Shown: piece after piece, positions 23,730 through 37,817 of the stretch | Position numbering within the stretch: position 1 is the stretch's first letter | Layout: every line of letters begins with the position of its first letter | Source of the DNA: Ginglymostoma cirratum | Taxonomy: Eukaryota | Length of the DNA stretch: 50,369 bases | Reading direction: 5' to 3' | Assembly (NCBI GenBank): GCA_024137785.1 | Contig: JAHRHZ010000166.1 | Coordinates: 1,009,367 to 1,059,735, forward strand | Program-made: the position numbers and the translations under genes | The notes under the pieces: model-generated | Seen by the model: only the letters and a program-made list of their open reading frames with translations | Told to the model about the DNA's origin: nothing | Databases searched by the model: none

Positions 23730-25745
23730 GTTGAGGGAGATACCAAACAGGTATTTTGCATGTGTGATTTCTGTGGAGAAGGAAATGGAAGACAGAGAAC
23801 GTTGGGAAATAAATAAGAACATCATTTTTAAAAATGTCCATTTTGCAGAGCAGGACGTGCTGAGCGTCTTAAAATGTATAAAGGTGGTTAAGTCCTGCAC
23901 CCGATCCGGTGTACCTGAGAGCTCTGTGGGAATCGAGGGAAGAGATTTCTGCGTTTCTTGTTGAGGTGGTTGTATCATCAGTAGACATAGGTGAGGTGCC
24001 GGAAAACTGTAGACTGGCTAAAGTTATGTCACTATTTGAAAAAGTTGTTCAGGAAAAGCCCGGGATCTGTAGAGCTGTGAGCTTGACATCAGTGGTGGGC
24101 AAGTTGTTGGAGGGAATCCTGAGGAACAGGATTTACATGTATTTTAGAAAGATAAGGACGTATTTGGAATAGTCAGCATGGCTTTGTGCATGGGAAATCG
24201 TGTCTCACTAACTTGATTGAATTTTTTGGAGAAGAAATGACGAGGATTGATGAGGCCAGAGCCATGGATATAGTCTTCAGTAAGACACTTGAAAAGGTTC
24301 CTCATGGTAGACTGGTTAACAAGGTAAGATAACGTGGAATACAGGGAGAACAGATTGTTTGGATACAGAATTGCTGAAAGGTAGAATAGAGAGTGAGATA
24401 GTGGAGCGTTGCTTTTCAGACTGGAGGCCTGTGACCAGTGATATGCCGCAAGGATCGGTGCTGGATCCACTGGTTTTTGTCATTTATGTAAATTATGTAA
24501 ATTATATGAACATAGCAGGGATGTAATTTCAGATTACACGGAAATCGGAGGTGTAGTGGATAGTGAAAATGGTTATCTCAGTGTAAAACGATACCTTGAT
24601 CAAATGGGCCAATTTGCCGATGAGTGAAGATGGAGTTTAATTTAGATAAATGTGTGGTGCTGCATTTCGGAAAGGCAAATCAGGGCCGGACTTATGCGCT
24701 TAATGATCAGGTCCTGGAGACTGTTGCTGAACGAAGGGACCTTGGAGTGCAGTTTCATAGCTCCTTGAAAGTGGAGTTGCATGCAGATAGGACAGTGAAG
24801 GAAGCGTTTCGTATGTTTGCTTTTATTGGACAGTGCATTGACTATAGGAATTGGGAAGTTATGTTGCTCCTGGGCAGGACATCGGTTCAGCCACTTCTGG
24901 AGTATTGTGCAATTCTGTTGTGAAACTAGAAATGGTTCAGAAAAGATTTATGAGGATATTGCTAGAGTTGGAGTGTTTGAGCTATAGGGAGAGGCGGAAT
25001 AGGCTGGGGCTATTTTCCATGGAACTTTGGGACTGGCTGGTGACCTTACAGAAGTTTATGAAATAATGAGGGGCATGGATAGGGTAAATCAGATAGGGCG
25101 GCACCGTAAATCAATGGTTAGCACTGGTGCCTCACAGTTAGAGGGACCCACGTTCGATTCCACCCGAGGGCAACAGTCTGTGCGGATTTTGTACAATTTC
25201 CCCGTGTCTGCCTGAGTTTCTTCAAAGTGCTCCAGTGTCCTCCCACAGTCGAAAGATATGCAGGCTAGGTGGATTGGCCACGCTAAATTGCTCATAGTGT
25301 TCAGGGATGTGTAGATTAGGTGGGTTATGGGGTGAAATGGGTCTGGGTGTGATGTATGCGGATCGGTGTGGATTTGTTGGGCCAAAGAGCCTGTTTCCAT
25401 ACTGTAAGGGTCCAATGAAATAGGCAAGGTATTTCCCTGGGGTGGGGGAACTAGACTGCGTGGGATTAAAGAGAGAGAGGAAAGATGTAAAACGGATCTA
25501 AGAGGCAACTTTTTCACACCGATGGTTGTGCGTATATAAAATGAGCTGCCAAAGGAAGTGGTGGAAATTTGCATGGTTACAACATTTGAAAGGCACCTGG
25601 AAGAGCATATGAATAGGATCTGTTTAGAGGGATATCGGACAAATGCTGGCAAATGGCCTAGATTTATAAAGGATATCTGGTCCGCATAGACAAATTGGAC
25701 CAAAGAATCTGTTTCTGTGTTGTGTATCTCTACAACTCTAATAAT
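23730..25745 (+). mobile_element. CR1 LINE ORF2/3' end, interrupted by HE1-like SINE
   Basis: RAVSLTSVVGKLLEGILR; FNLDKCVVLHFGKAN; RDLGVQ; 3' UTR near 25700. Confidence 0.9.
25095..25412 (+). mobile_element. HE1-like V-SINE nested in CR1
   Basis: GGGCGGCAC...GGTTAGCACTG...GTTCGATTCC head; same core and tail as the 3149 and 46683 copies. Confidence 0.85.
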
Positions 25746-26828
25746 TACCTCTAGAATGTTATGTTAACTTTTCCTTCAATCCGACAAACACAATTCTGGA
25801 CTAGTCTGTTTTCTGCCACACAGTGTATGTTGTATAATTGTTCATTTTGACTTTTTTTTTCTGCGACCTTGAATTTAGTTGACAAGCACATTGATTCCAC
25901 TATATCAAAAACATTTTCAAATCTCCATGTACAAAAGTATCAGAAACAATAAAGGAGCAATTGTGTTCCCTGTTGTACACCACTAGGCACAATGTTCAGT
26001 CAAACAAACATGCTGTCCCGCTATCTTCTTTCACCTGCAAATAAACTAAACCTGGATCAACTTGCCAGTCCTCTTGGATCTGTTTACCTTATTTAAACAT
26101 GTCCCATCTGGAAACTGGGCAGAGGCCTTGTTGATATCAAGAAAAAATGCATCAGGAATTATCTGCCTTTGACAAGACTTGTTGACTGTCTAGTGCTAAC
26201 TTATTCTCTCTAAGCGTCTATTAATTTTATTCCATAATGGGGCATCGATTGGTTTTCCCACTATTGATTTCAAGCTGACACACTTGTGGCTACCTGGGTT
26301 ACATTTGCCTCTTTCTTAAAGAAAGCCATCTCATTTTCAATACTCATATACCCACATAGTAATACTGTGTTCAGGGATGCCTGGAAGATTTCAGTCAACA
26401 GGTCCACATTTTCTCCCTAACTCTGTCAGCAACCAAGGAAGAGGTGCTTGGGGTTTCCATACCTAGAATCCTGCCAGTCTTTTTAGCACCTCTTTTAAAT
26501 GTATCACAATGTTGCTCAATTGCTCAACATTCATTTTTAAACGGCGTCGTTGTCACTGTTTTCGAAATTGGTAAAAGCATAAATAATCATTTAGTACTTC
26601 TGCCAAAGTATTTGATTCAGTCAGCAGCTACCTTGCTTTTTCCTTATTGGCTCCCTCTATCTTTCCCTAATCTTTTACAATTAAGCGGTTTGAATAATGT
26701 TTTACTTTTTGTTAGCAAGGAGTGCTATCGTTTCCTGATGCTTCCTCATATCTTCCCTTAGTAGAGCCGTAAAAACACTCTGCCGTGATTTCTTTTTGAT
26801 ATTGTTAATCTGACAAACATCATATCCA

Positions 26829-29240
26829 GAGACAGTAGGAACTGCAGATGCTGGAAAATCTGAGGTAACAATGTGTAGAACAGAGCAGGCCAAGCAACAT
26901 CAGAGGAGCAGGAAGGTTGATGTTTCGGGCCTAGACCCTTCTTCAGAAATGGGGGAGGGCAATGAGGTTCTGAAATAATTAGGGAGAGAGGGGGAGGCGG
27001 ATAGAAGATGGATAGAGGAGAAGACAGGTGTTGACGAGACGGACAGGTCAAAGAGGCGGGGATGGAGCCAGTAAAGTTGAGTGTAGGTGGGGAGTTAGGG
27101 AGGAGATAGGTCAGTCCAGGGAGAATGGACAGGTCAAGGGCGCGGGATAAGATTAGTAGGTAGGAGATGGGTGTGGGACTTGAGGTGGGAGGAGGGGATG
27201 GATGGGAGGGAAGGCAGGTTGGGAATGCGGGTACGAGCTGGGCTGGTTTTGGAATGCGGTAGTGGGAGGGGAGATTTTGAAGACTGTGAAGTCCACATTG
27301 ATACCATTGGGCTGCAGGGTTCCCAAGCGGAATATGAATTGCTGTTCCTGCAACCTTCGGGCGGCATTGTTGTGGCACTGCACGAGGCCCTGGATGGACA
27401 TGTTGTCTTAGGAATGGGAGGGGGAGTTGAAAGGGTTTGCGACTGGGAGGTGCAGTTGTTTCATGCCAACTGAGTGTAGGTGTTCCACAAAGTGGTCCCC
27501 AAGCCTCCGCTTGGTTTCCCCGATGTAGAGGAGGCCACAACGGGAACAGCGGATGCAGTATACCACATTAGCAGATGTGCAGGTGAACATCTGCTTGATG
27601 TGAAAAGTCTTCTTAGGGCCTGGGATGGGGATGAGGAGGGAGTTGTAGGTACAGGTGTAGCACTTCCTGCAGTTGCAGGGAGAAGTGCCGGGTGTGGTGG
27701 GCTGGAGGGGAGTGTGGAGCGGACAAGGGAGTCACGGAGAGAGTTATCCCTCCGGAAAGCAGATAAGGGTGGGGAGGGAAAAATGTCTTTGGTGGAGGGG
27801 TCGGATTGCAGATGGTGGAAGTGTCAGAGGATGATGCGTTGGATCCAGAGTTTGGTGGAGTGGTATGTGAGGACGAGGGGGATTCAGTTTTGATTAATGC
27901 AGAGAGGGAGCTTGAGGGATGGGTTGAGGGTAATGTGGGAGACACTGTCCAGGGCGTTGTCGACCACTGAGGGGGGGCAGTTACAGTCCTTGAAAAACGA
28001 GGACATCTGAGATGTACCGGAATGGAATGCCTCATGCTGGGAGCAAATGCAGCGAAGGCAAAGGAATTGGGAATAGGGGATTGCATTTTTGCAGGAAGGT
28101 GGGTGGAAGGAGGTGTATTTTAGGTAGCTGTCGGAGTCGATGGGTGTGAAATGGATATCAGTTTCTAGGTGGTTGCCAGAAATGGAAATGGAGAGGTCCA
28201 GGAAGGAAAGAGAGGTATTAGATATTGTCCAGCTGAACTTAAGGTTGGGGTGGAAGGTGTTGGTGAAGTGGATGAACTGGTCGATCTCCTCGTGGGAACA
28301 CGAGGCGGTGCTGATACAGTCATCGATGTAATGGAGGAAGAGGTGCAGTTTAGGGCCAGTGTAGCTACAGAAGCTGGATTGGTCCAAGTAACCTACACGT
28401 ACGCCTACACCTACTCAAGTACCCACTTGCTCCGTGACACCATTGTCTGCTCTGCACTCCCCTTCCGCCCCACCACAGCCGGCACTGTTCCCTGCAACCG
28501 CAGGAAGTGCTAAATCTTCCCTTACACCTCCCCCCTCACCACCATCCCAGGCACCAAGAAGAATGTCCACATCAAGCAGACGTTCATCTGCACATCTGCT
28601 AATGTGGGTATACTGCATCCGCTGTACCAGTTGTGGCCTCCTTTACATCGGGGAAAACAAGTGGAGGCTTGGGGAGCACTTTGCAGAACATCTACGCTCG
28701 GTTCGTACCAAACAACTGCACCTCCCAGTCACGAACCATTTCAAATCTCCTTCCCATTCCTCAAACGAGATGTCCATCTTGGGCCTCCTGCAGTGCCACA
28801 ACGATTCCACCCGAAGGTTGCAGAAACAGCAACTCATATTCCGCTTGGGAACCCTGCAGCTGAAAGGTATCAATGCGGACTTCACAAGCTTCAAAATCTC
28901 CCCTCCCCATACCGCATCCCAAAACCAACCCAGCTTGTCCCCGCCTCCCTAACCTGCCCTTCCTCCGACCTCTCCCCTCCTCTCACCTCAAGCCCCACCC
29001 CCATCTCCTACCCACTAACCTCATCCCGCCCCCTTGACCTGTCCGTTCTCCCTGGGCTGACCTATCTCCTCCCTAACTCCCCACCTACACTCAACTTTAC
29101 TGGCTCCATCCCCGCCTCTTTGACCTGTCCGTCTCGTCAACACCTGTCTTCTCCTCTATCCATCTTCTATCCGCCTCCCCCTCTCTCCCTAATTATTTCA
29201 GAACCTCATTGCCCTCCCCCATTTCTGAAGAAGGGTCGAG
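26829..29240. mobile_element. Penelope-like element with inverted arms (minus: RT C-terminus + GIY-YIG + terminus 26829-28387; plus: GIY-YIG + terminus 28430-29240)
   Basis: HYIDDCI...FHPNLKFSW...SFLDL (RT); [19 protein letters not shown] on minus and CIRCTSCGLLYIGE on plus; some stops and frameshifts. Confidence 0.92.
26917..26950 (-). ncRNA. Hammerhead motif variant (CUGAAGA...GAAACAUC)
   Basis: Core retained; stem III palindrome lost by a CpG-type change. Confidence 0.55.
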
Positions 29241-32200
29241 GCCAGGCACTTAGCACAGTCAGTTTAAAAATAAAACTTGCCTTTCAAATTCCCCTTAAAC
29301 TCTCCCTCTTTTACCTTAAACATATATCCCCTAGTGGTTGGTATTTTTTCCACTGGGCGAAAGTCTTTACCTATCCATTCTTTCCCCGCCTCTTATAATT
29401 TTGCAGAAGTTTACAATCGTTCCTCAGCCTCAAACTTTCAAATGAAAACATACTTAAGCTTGTGCAATTCAAACTCTAAACATTGCTACTGGGCTCTAAC
29501 AATGGAAACTTAGAACATAGAACAGTACAGCCCACGATATTGTACCAAACTTTTATCCTAATCCTATGGTCCATCTAACCTCCACCCCAAAACCTTATAC
29601 TATCATCCATATGGCTACCAACTAGCCGCTTAAATGCCCCACATGAGGCCGACTCCACTACCCTCTCCAGAAATGCATTCCACACCCCTACCACTCTCTG
29701 AGTAAAGAACCTATCTCTGATGTCTCCCCGATATCTACTTCCACTCACTTTAAAACTATGTCCCCTCGTAATAGCTACCTCCACACCAGGAAAAGCTCTC
29801 TGGCTGTCCACTCTATCTGTACCTCTGATCATTTTGACCTCTATCAAGTCACCTCTCATCCTTCATTGTTCTAAAGAGAAAAGTCCTAGCTCTCTCAACA
29901 TTTCCTCTTAAGACCTTCCCTCCATTCCAGGCAACATCCTGGTAAATCTCCTCTGCACCTTTTCCAATGCTTCCACATCTCTCCTGTAATGAGCTGACCA
30001 GAACTGGACACAGTACTCCAGATGTGGCAGAACCAGGCTTTTGTATAGCTGGAGCATAAGTTCATGGCTTTTGAACTCAATACCTCTATTAATGAAAGCT
30101 AACACACCATATGCCTTCTTAACAACTCATTCACCCTGGATGGCAGTTTTCAGGGAACTGTGAACATGAACCCCAAGATCCCTCTGCTCTTCCACACTGC
30201 CAAGAATCTTTCCGTTAACCCTTTATTATGCTTTCAAGTTTGTCCTTCCAAAGTGAATCACCTCTCACTTTTCAGGGTTAAACTCCATCTGCCACTTCTC
30301 AGCCCAGCTCTGCATCCTATCAATGTCCCTTTGTAACCTAGAAGAGCCCTCCGCACTATTCACAACGCGACCGCCTTCATATCGTCCGCGAACTTACTAA
30401 TCCACCCTTCCACTCCTTCATTCAAATCATTTACAAAAATCACAATTAGGAGAGTACCCAGGAAAGATCCTTGTGGTACACCACTCATAACTGACCACCA
30501 TTTTGAATATTTTCTGTCCACTACCACTTCTTGTCTTTGCAGCCAATTCTAAATCCAATCTGCCAAATTTTACCCTATCCCATGCCTCCTGACCTCCTGC
30601 ATGAGCCTATCTGGGGAACCTTATCAAACGACTTACTTATATCCATGTATACCATATCCACTGTTCAATAATCATCCACGTGTTTGGTCATCTCTTCAAA
30701 GAATTCAATAAGGTTTGTGAGGCGTGATCTACCCCTCACAAATCCATGCTGACTGTCACGAATCAAACTGTGTCTTTCCAAGTGATCATAAATCCTATCT
30801 TTCAAAGCCCTTTCCAATAATTTGCCCACCGCTGAAGTAAGACTAACTGGCCTGTAATTTCCAGGGTTATCCCTATTCTCTTTTTTGAACACTGGAATGA
30901 CGTTTGCCTCTCTCCAATCTTCCGGCACTAAACCCGTGGACAGTGGATGAAAAGATCATCGCCAAAGGCCCTGCGATCCCTTCCCTCTGTTCCCATAGAA
31001 TACTTGGATAAATCCCATCAGGCCCAGGGGCCTTATCTATCACCAACCTCCTCAAAATTCCGAGCACATCTTCCTTACTAACATCAACCTCCTTTCGCCT
31101 AACAGCCTGTTTCACACTGTCCCCCTCTACAACTAGGTCCATCTGAGTTGTGAGTACCGAAGAAAAGTATTCATTAGGGACCTCTCCTATCTCTTTAGGC
31201 TCCATGCACAAATTCCCTTTACAATCCCTGATTGGCCCTACCCTTTCTCTGGTCATTCTCTTATTCCTCATGTACGTGTGAAAAGCCTTGGAGTTTTCCT
31301 TGATCCTTTCTGCCAAGGTTTTCTCATGCCCCCTTATATCTCTCCTAAGCCCTTTCTTCTGCTCCTTCCTGGATAACTTGTATCTGTCTAGAGCCTGCTC
31401 AGTTCCTTGTTCCCTAAACCTTACATAAGCATCCTTCATCCTCTTAACCAGTCGTTCGACATCTCTTGAGAGCCAAGGCTCCCTCACTCGACCGCATCTT
31501 CCCTGCCTGCTAGGGACAAACATATCGAGCGCACGCTGTATGCATTTCTTAAACAATCTCCACATTTCAGCAGTGCTCTTCACTGACAGCATCTGTTCCA
31601 AATTTATGTTACCCAGTTCTTGCCTAACAGAGTTGTAATTACCCTTCCCCCAACTATAAACCTTACCCTGCTGTATGTACCTATCCTTTTCAATGACTAT
31701 TGTAAAAGTAATAGAGTTATGGTCGTTACCACCAAAATGCTCTCCTACCAACAGGTCTAACACTTGGCCTGGTTCATTGCCAAGCACCAAATCCAAAGTG
31801 GCCTCTCCTTATGTTGGTCGATCTACATACTGTGTCAGGAATCCATCCTGAATGCAATGGACAAAATCCGCTCCATCTAAACTATTACAACCAAAATGTT
31901 TCCAATCAATATTTGGAAAGTTGAAGTCACCCATGACTATAAACCTGTGACTTCTGTACCTTTCCAGCATCTGCCTCCCAATCCACTCCTCTACTTCTCT
32001 GCAACTATGAGGGGGTCTGTAAAAAACCAGCAACAAAGTGACTGCTCCTTTCTTCTTCCGGACCTTAACCCAAACTGACTCTGTAGACGTATCATTCTCT
32101 AACTGCCTTCCAGTAGCTGCTTTACTTGCCCTGACGAGAAATGTCAGGCCCCAGCCTCGTTTTCCACCCTCCCTATTTCTTTTAAAGCATCTAAATCCCG

Positions 32201-33475
32201 GAACTTCCAACAACTATTCCTCTTCCTGAGTTACCAAGTTTCTGTAATGGCCACAACATCGTAGTTCCAAGTACCCACCCATGCTCTACGTTCATCCGAC
32301 TTATTTCTGATACTTGTAGCATTGAAGTATACACACCTCAAACCATCTCTGTGTCCACAATTATGGTAAATCAACCACATTTCTTTATTAACAATCTCAC
32401 TCCCTGTTTTGTCTGTAGGAAGTTTGAATGCCTCATTCTCTGAATTATAAATCCGGTTCCCCACCCCCTGCCAAACTGGTTTAAACCATCCCGTACAGCT
32501 CGAGCAAACCTCCCCCCCCCCCAGGATATTTGTGCCCTTCTGGTTCAGGTGAAACAGTCTTCACTGTATAGGTCCCACCTTCCCCAGAATGTGCTCCAAT
32601 TATCCACATAGTGGAAGCCGTCACCCCCACACCAGCCCTGTAGCCACGTGTTTAGCTGCACTCTCTCCCTATTTCTTACCACGTTATCACGTGGCACTGG
32701 CAGTAATCCAGAGATAACTATCCTGTTGGTCCTGGACTTCAGCTTCCAACCTAACTCCCTGTACTTGTTTTTCACATTCTATGTCCCTTTTCTACCTATA
32801 TCATTGGTACCGATGTCTACCATGACTACTGGTTGCTCACCCTCCCCCTTAAGGATCTTGAAGACACGATCTGAAACATCACAGTCCCTAGCATCCGGGA
32901 GGCAACATACCATACGTTCATCTTGTTCGTGTCCACAGAGCCACCTGTCTGTGCCTCTTACTATCGAATCCCTCATTACAATTGCTCTCCTATTGTCCCC
33001 CCCTTCCCTTCTGTGCCACAGGGCCAGGCTCAGTGCCAGAGACCTGTCCGCTATGGCCTTCCCCAGTAGCTCGTTCCGCGCCCCCCAACAGTATCCAAAA
33101 CGGTATCCTTATTATTGAGGGGAACGTCCACAGGGGATCCCTGCACTGACTGACTATTCTCTTTCCCCTTCCTGACAGTCACTCGGCTACCTTTTTCCTG
33201 TATCTCGAGTGTGACCACCTCCCTATAACTCCTCTCGATCGTCCCCTCAGTCTCCTGAATGATCCAGAATTCATCCAGCTCCAGTTCCCTGACGCGGTTT
33301 GAGAGGAGCCGAAGTTGGGTGCACTTCTTACAGTTGAAGTCGAAGTTGACGCCAGTAGTGACCCTTACCTCCTACATCCTGAAAGAGGAGCATGCGGCTG
33401 CCCTGGCTTCCATTCCCTCTACTCTAGATTTCCAGAAGGTTAAAAAAAGGCCTTACCTTACCAACCCTCCACACA

Positions 33476-33577
33476 TAGAGATAACAAGCATGGGGCTGGA
33501 TGAGCACAGCAGGTCAAGCAGCATCATAGGAGCAGGAAAACTTGACGTTTCGGGCCTAAACCCTTCATCAGAAAAAT
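33476..33577 (-). mobile_element. 102-bp solo PLE terminus inserted in the CR1 5'UTR
   Basis: Near-identical to 21272-21365 and 50082-50175; 14-bp direct repeat CAACCCTCCACACA at 33462-33475 and 33578-33591. Confidence 0.9.
33540..33575 (-). ncRNA. Minimal type I hammerhead ribozyme motif (PLE)
   Basis: Same intact core as 21331-21366. Confidence 0.78.
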
Positions 33578-33929
33578 CAACCCTCCACACAGTCTTTTTT
33601 TTTGTTGTTTAGAGGAGGAGGATGGGTGGGAGGCACTTCATGTGTATTCTCTTGGTTTAGCCAGAATATATCAGTTCCTTCCTGGATCATGCTGCTGGCG
33701 CTGAAAACAAGAGGGCCGCTACTGCCACGATGTAAGTTTTTATACTGGAGCAAAAAACAAACATAACTTCCCGTGGGCACCCTGGCTCGCGCTGCTGCCG
33801 CTGAAAATAAGAAACATCTTGGTAAATATTTTCCATGTGTTCGCCAAATCCACCAGACCCTTCAGTGTGTACGGTGTAACTCATATTATGTATAGCCACA
33901 ATATGATTTGTCAATTTTAATGCTTTATG

Positions 33930-36900
33930 AAGACCTGATGTGGAGGTGCTGGTATTGGACTGTGGTGGGCAAGGTCAGGAATCAGATGACGCCAGGTTAT
34001 AATCTAACATGTTTATTTGAAAACAGAAGCATTCTAAGCTCCGCTCCTTTTTCAGGCGTTATTGAGTGATATAGTATCGGACATAATTTATAAGTAAAAG
34101 ATCAAAGTGTCACATCACTGTTGAGGATGTATTAAACAATCCTAAGATGCTGTTAAATCTTTAATCAGTTAGAAGTTTTAATTGATTAATATCTATATAA
34201 ATTCCAGAATTTCATTCAAGTTATATTAACTTGAGGATATTTCCTGAGATAAAGAAAGGATTTATCAGTGTAAAGAAGAGCTGACATTTTAGCACAGACA
34301 ATACATATTAGGTATGAGGCCTTGTTTCGAATCTGTTTGTGTTTTGGTTTGGAGTCAGGCTAGCTTTATTTCTAAAATAAGAATGTATAAAACGCCACAT
34401 TGACTGTATAAATTGCGTGCTTTTCGAACAAAATGGAATATATCTGCAAATACAAATTCACCCCATAGATTTACGTGTTGTGTGTATATGTGTGTGTGGA
34501 GGAGGGGTGGGAGATAAAGTCGGTGTGTGCATGTGAGTGATGGGGAACAGAGACAGTGTGTGTGTAAGTGAGNNNNNNNNNNNNNNNNNNNNNNNNNNNN
34601 NNNNNNNNNNNNNNNNNNNNNNNNNNNNNNNNNNNNNNNNNNNNNNNNNNNNNNNNNNNNNNNNNNNNNNNNNNNNNNNNNNNNNNNNNNNNNNNNNNNN
34701 NNNNNNNNNNGGATCTATATGAAAGTGTTCCCTCCTCGTGGACTAACCCTTCAGTGGTCAAGGACATTCGGCCTCAGATCTATGTTTAAACATCCAAGGC
34801 AGACTTGAGGATACACAACAGTGCAGAGTTGCCAGGCAGAGGCTGATAGCAAAGTCTGGTACCGATTAGGATGGCTTAAACCAGTATCTTGGGTTCATGG
34901 CACACTACAGGAGATCCCACTGCAATATATAATCTCGCATACAATCTCACCACACATACACACATTCTCTCTCACTCAAACACATTCACATGCACACTCT
35001 CACAGATCCTCTCGCATATGCATTTTGTGTCACTCACACACACACATGTAAATGAGGTAAATTTGTATTTGCAGATACAATTCATTTTGATTTTTTTAAA
35101 AAAAATGTCCCCAATTTATAGGCAGTCAGTCAATGTGGCTTCATATAAATTCCTTCCTGCGAAATGAAACCAGTCTGATTCCAAGCCAAAACACAAGCAG
35201 GTTCTAAACAAGGCTTACACCTAACATGCATTGTCTGACCTCTTCTTGACATTGACAAAACGTTTATTTCACTCAGGTCAATGATTTTAAAGGAATTTAG
35301 GAATTTACCTATACATATTACTCAATTAAGACCTTTTAACTGATTAAAGATTTAACAGCATCTTAAGTTTGTTTAATACATCCTCGTCATTGATGTGACC
35401 CTTTGACATTTTACATATAAATTCTGTTTCTGATGCTGCATCACTCACTAACACCTGAACAAGGAACGAAGCTCCGACAGTTTGTGTTTTCAAAGAAACA
35501 TGTTAGATTGTAGACTGGTTTGGTGTGCTTTCTGACCTTGTCCACAAAAGTCCAACACGGGTACGCCCAAATCATGGCTACCATCGACAATACAAACCGC
35601 CAGCTCAACATGGACAAGATCTCCAAGAATTTTCTGCATATCAACACAGGCATAAATATTCTACAGAAATTCAAAAACGCACAAAAGATACCAAAAGGAG
35701 TCCAGATCATGAACCCACCCAATTCGACCTACAATATGGATTATGCTGAGAGATATTTTGTCATCACACCTCTTGCAAACTCCTGAATCGTCTTGTATGA
35801 AAACACTACAGCAAGTGCCACAACGTTGAAATCAAGGTAGAGTCTGTATTCTCATCTTGCACTTAAGATACAACAGTAGAGTTACGGGGCACTGCCAAAC
35901 AGATGAGGCAGCAGACGTGTACCAGCTATGTGCACGCCAAGAACAAGAAACCGGAAAAACTTAACATCACTGCCGCCAACAACCAAGTCTACCCAGTAAC
36001 ATAGTTGAAAACAGTACAACCATGGGAAAATCCATTCTCAATTCATCTCACCACATCCTTTGATGGGTTGAGATCGAGGCTCTCAGTCGAGGACTCAGTT
36101 TCCACCAGACCACCAAAGTGGCCCCGTTGATCTCACACTAGACACAGAGTAATTCATCAGACGGGTTATACTCCAGGAATTCTTCCAATGTATCAACAGC
36201 GAGCCCACTGTGACAGCCAATGAACTGGATCAGTCAAATGAGAGATCCATGGGGATCAGGCAAAGAATGAGTCGAATTGGACGCTTCTGGAGGGCTGTTG
36301 CCCACGTTTTGACAGGTTTGACACAGAATGCGTGAAAACCAGATTGTTTAGCTGCACTCACAAGGTAGTGCAAAATGTCACCCAGGCACAATGCAACGCC
36401 GTCCATGCTCACAAGACCAATTGTCACATTGTCATCAAACCAGCACACAATGAAGGAGCCAACATCATACAGAATATAACGGACTATTTCAAGGAAGTGT
36501 ACCGACAGCTAAACAACCAGGAAAACTACAGACAATTACCCGCAGATCTGACCAAAGAACGCACCCATTAACTGATCAGACAATTCTAATATCTTCCAAA
36601 GATACACAAACCAACAGATCGCTACATCCCATTGTATCAGTCATGGGACCTTATGTGAGATTCTCTCTGGCTACGTCGAGGGCATCTTGAAACCCATTGT
36701 ATGGGAAACCCCCAGCTTCTTTCGTTACCACACAGAATTCTTACAGAAACACATGGACCTGTGAACCAGGAACACTCCTCATCACAATAGATGTTTTTTG
36801 CACTCTACACCAAGATTACACACAATGAAAGCATCGCTGGATCAGCCTCAGTATTTAATACTAATTGCCAATTTCCAGATGCCATTCTACAACTTATGGG

Positions 36901-37620
36901 CTTCATCCTCGACTACAATATCTTCACCATCAACAGCCAGTTTTTCATCCAGACCCACAGAACAGTCATGGGAACAGCCAGGTTTCGTCCCCCAAATGCC
37001 AACATTTCTATACACAGGGTAGAACAAGGCTTCTTTGTTGCACAGAATCCCCTCAAGCGCTATACACTAGATACATTGATGACATTTTCTTCCTTTGAGC
37101 TCATGGTGAGGAATCACTGAAACAACTACATAGTTATTTCAACAAGTATTATCCTACTATCAGACTCACTATGAACTAGTCTTTAGAATCAGTCACATTC
37201 TTGATCACACGCATCTCCATTAGGGACAGACACCTCAAAGCTCACTCTAACACAGGCCTATGCATAGCCTCATGATACTGCACTTCTCTAGCTTCCACCC
37301 TAAACATATTAAAACAGCCATTCACCACGGACAAGCCCTATGCATACATAGGAACTAATCAAATGAGGAGAAATGCGATGGACACCTGAAGGTGTTGAAG
37401 GACATCATCATAGCAACAGGATATGAGGCTCAGCTCATCAAGCGCCAGTTCAGACGTGTCACAGTGGAAAACCGTAATAACGTCCTCAGAAGACAGACAC
37501 TAGGTATGTCCGATTGGGTGTCCTTCATTGCCCAATACATTCCAGGAGTGGAGAAACTACGCCGTTTTCTTCACAGCCTTCGACACATTATCGTTGACAA
37601 TGAGCTCTTTGCCAGCATGA
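33930..37620 (+). mobile_element. Second Penelope-like family: inverted pLTR + direct pLTR + decayed RT ORF
   Basis: 33930-34480 is an inverted copy of 35040-35560. (CA)n-rich tracts flank the gap. ORF remnants IVIKPAHNEGA, ALYTKITH, VMGT, YTRYIDDIFFL; degenerate hammerhead near 35455. Confidence 0.82.
34573..34710. other. Assembly gap (138 N)
   Basis: Run of n next to a GT/CA low-complexity tract at the centre of an inverted repeat. Confidence 1.
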
Positions 37621-37817
37621 ACGGGAATTCATGAGCACGTGAAGAACAAGCTCTGCTTGTTTGTCTGTTGCTGAGTTTCAATAGTTGAGAAAGAAGGGCT
37701 GCCTTTGTCTTTCCACCCAGGGGACAAGGTATGTCGTTGGTGAAGTAAGATGATTCATTGAACTGTAATGAAAGCTGCTTACAGAGTGAGAAGAGCAAGC
37801 AGGGAGAGAGTTATTTT

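Larger units (their letters stand above)
29510..33810 (-). mobile_element. Near full-length CR1 LINE (5'UTR, ORF1 Zn-finger/esterase, ORF2 APE-RT), decayed
   Basis: ORF1: CKKC near 33320, DSIVRG...VCCLP...IGTNDI, VISGLLPVPR (SGNH esterase). ORF2: [63 protein letters not shown]. Multiple frameshifts. Confidence 0.93.
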
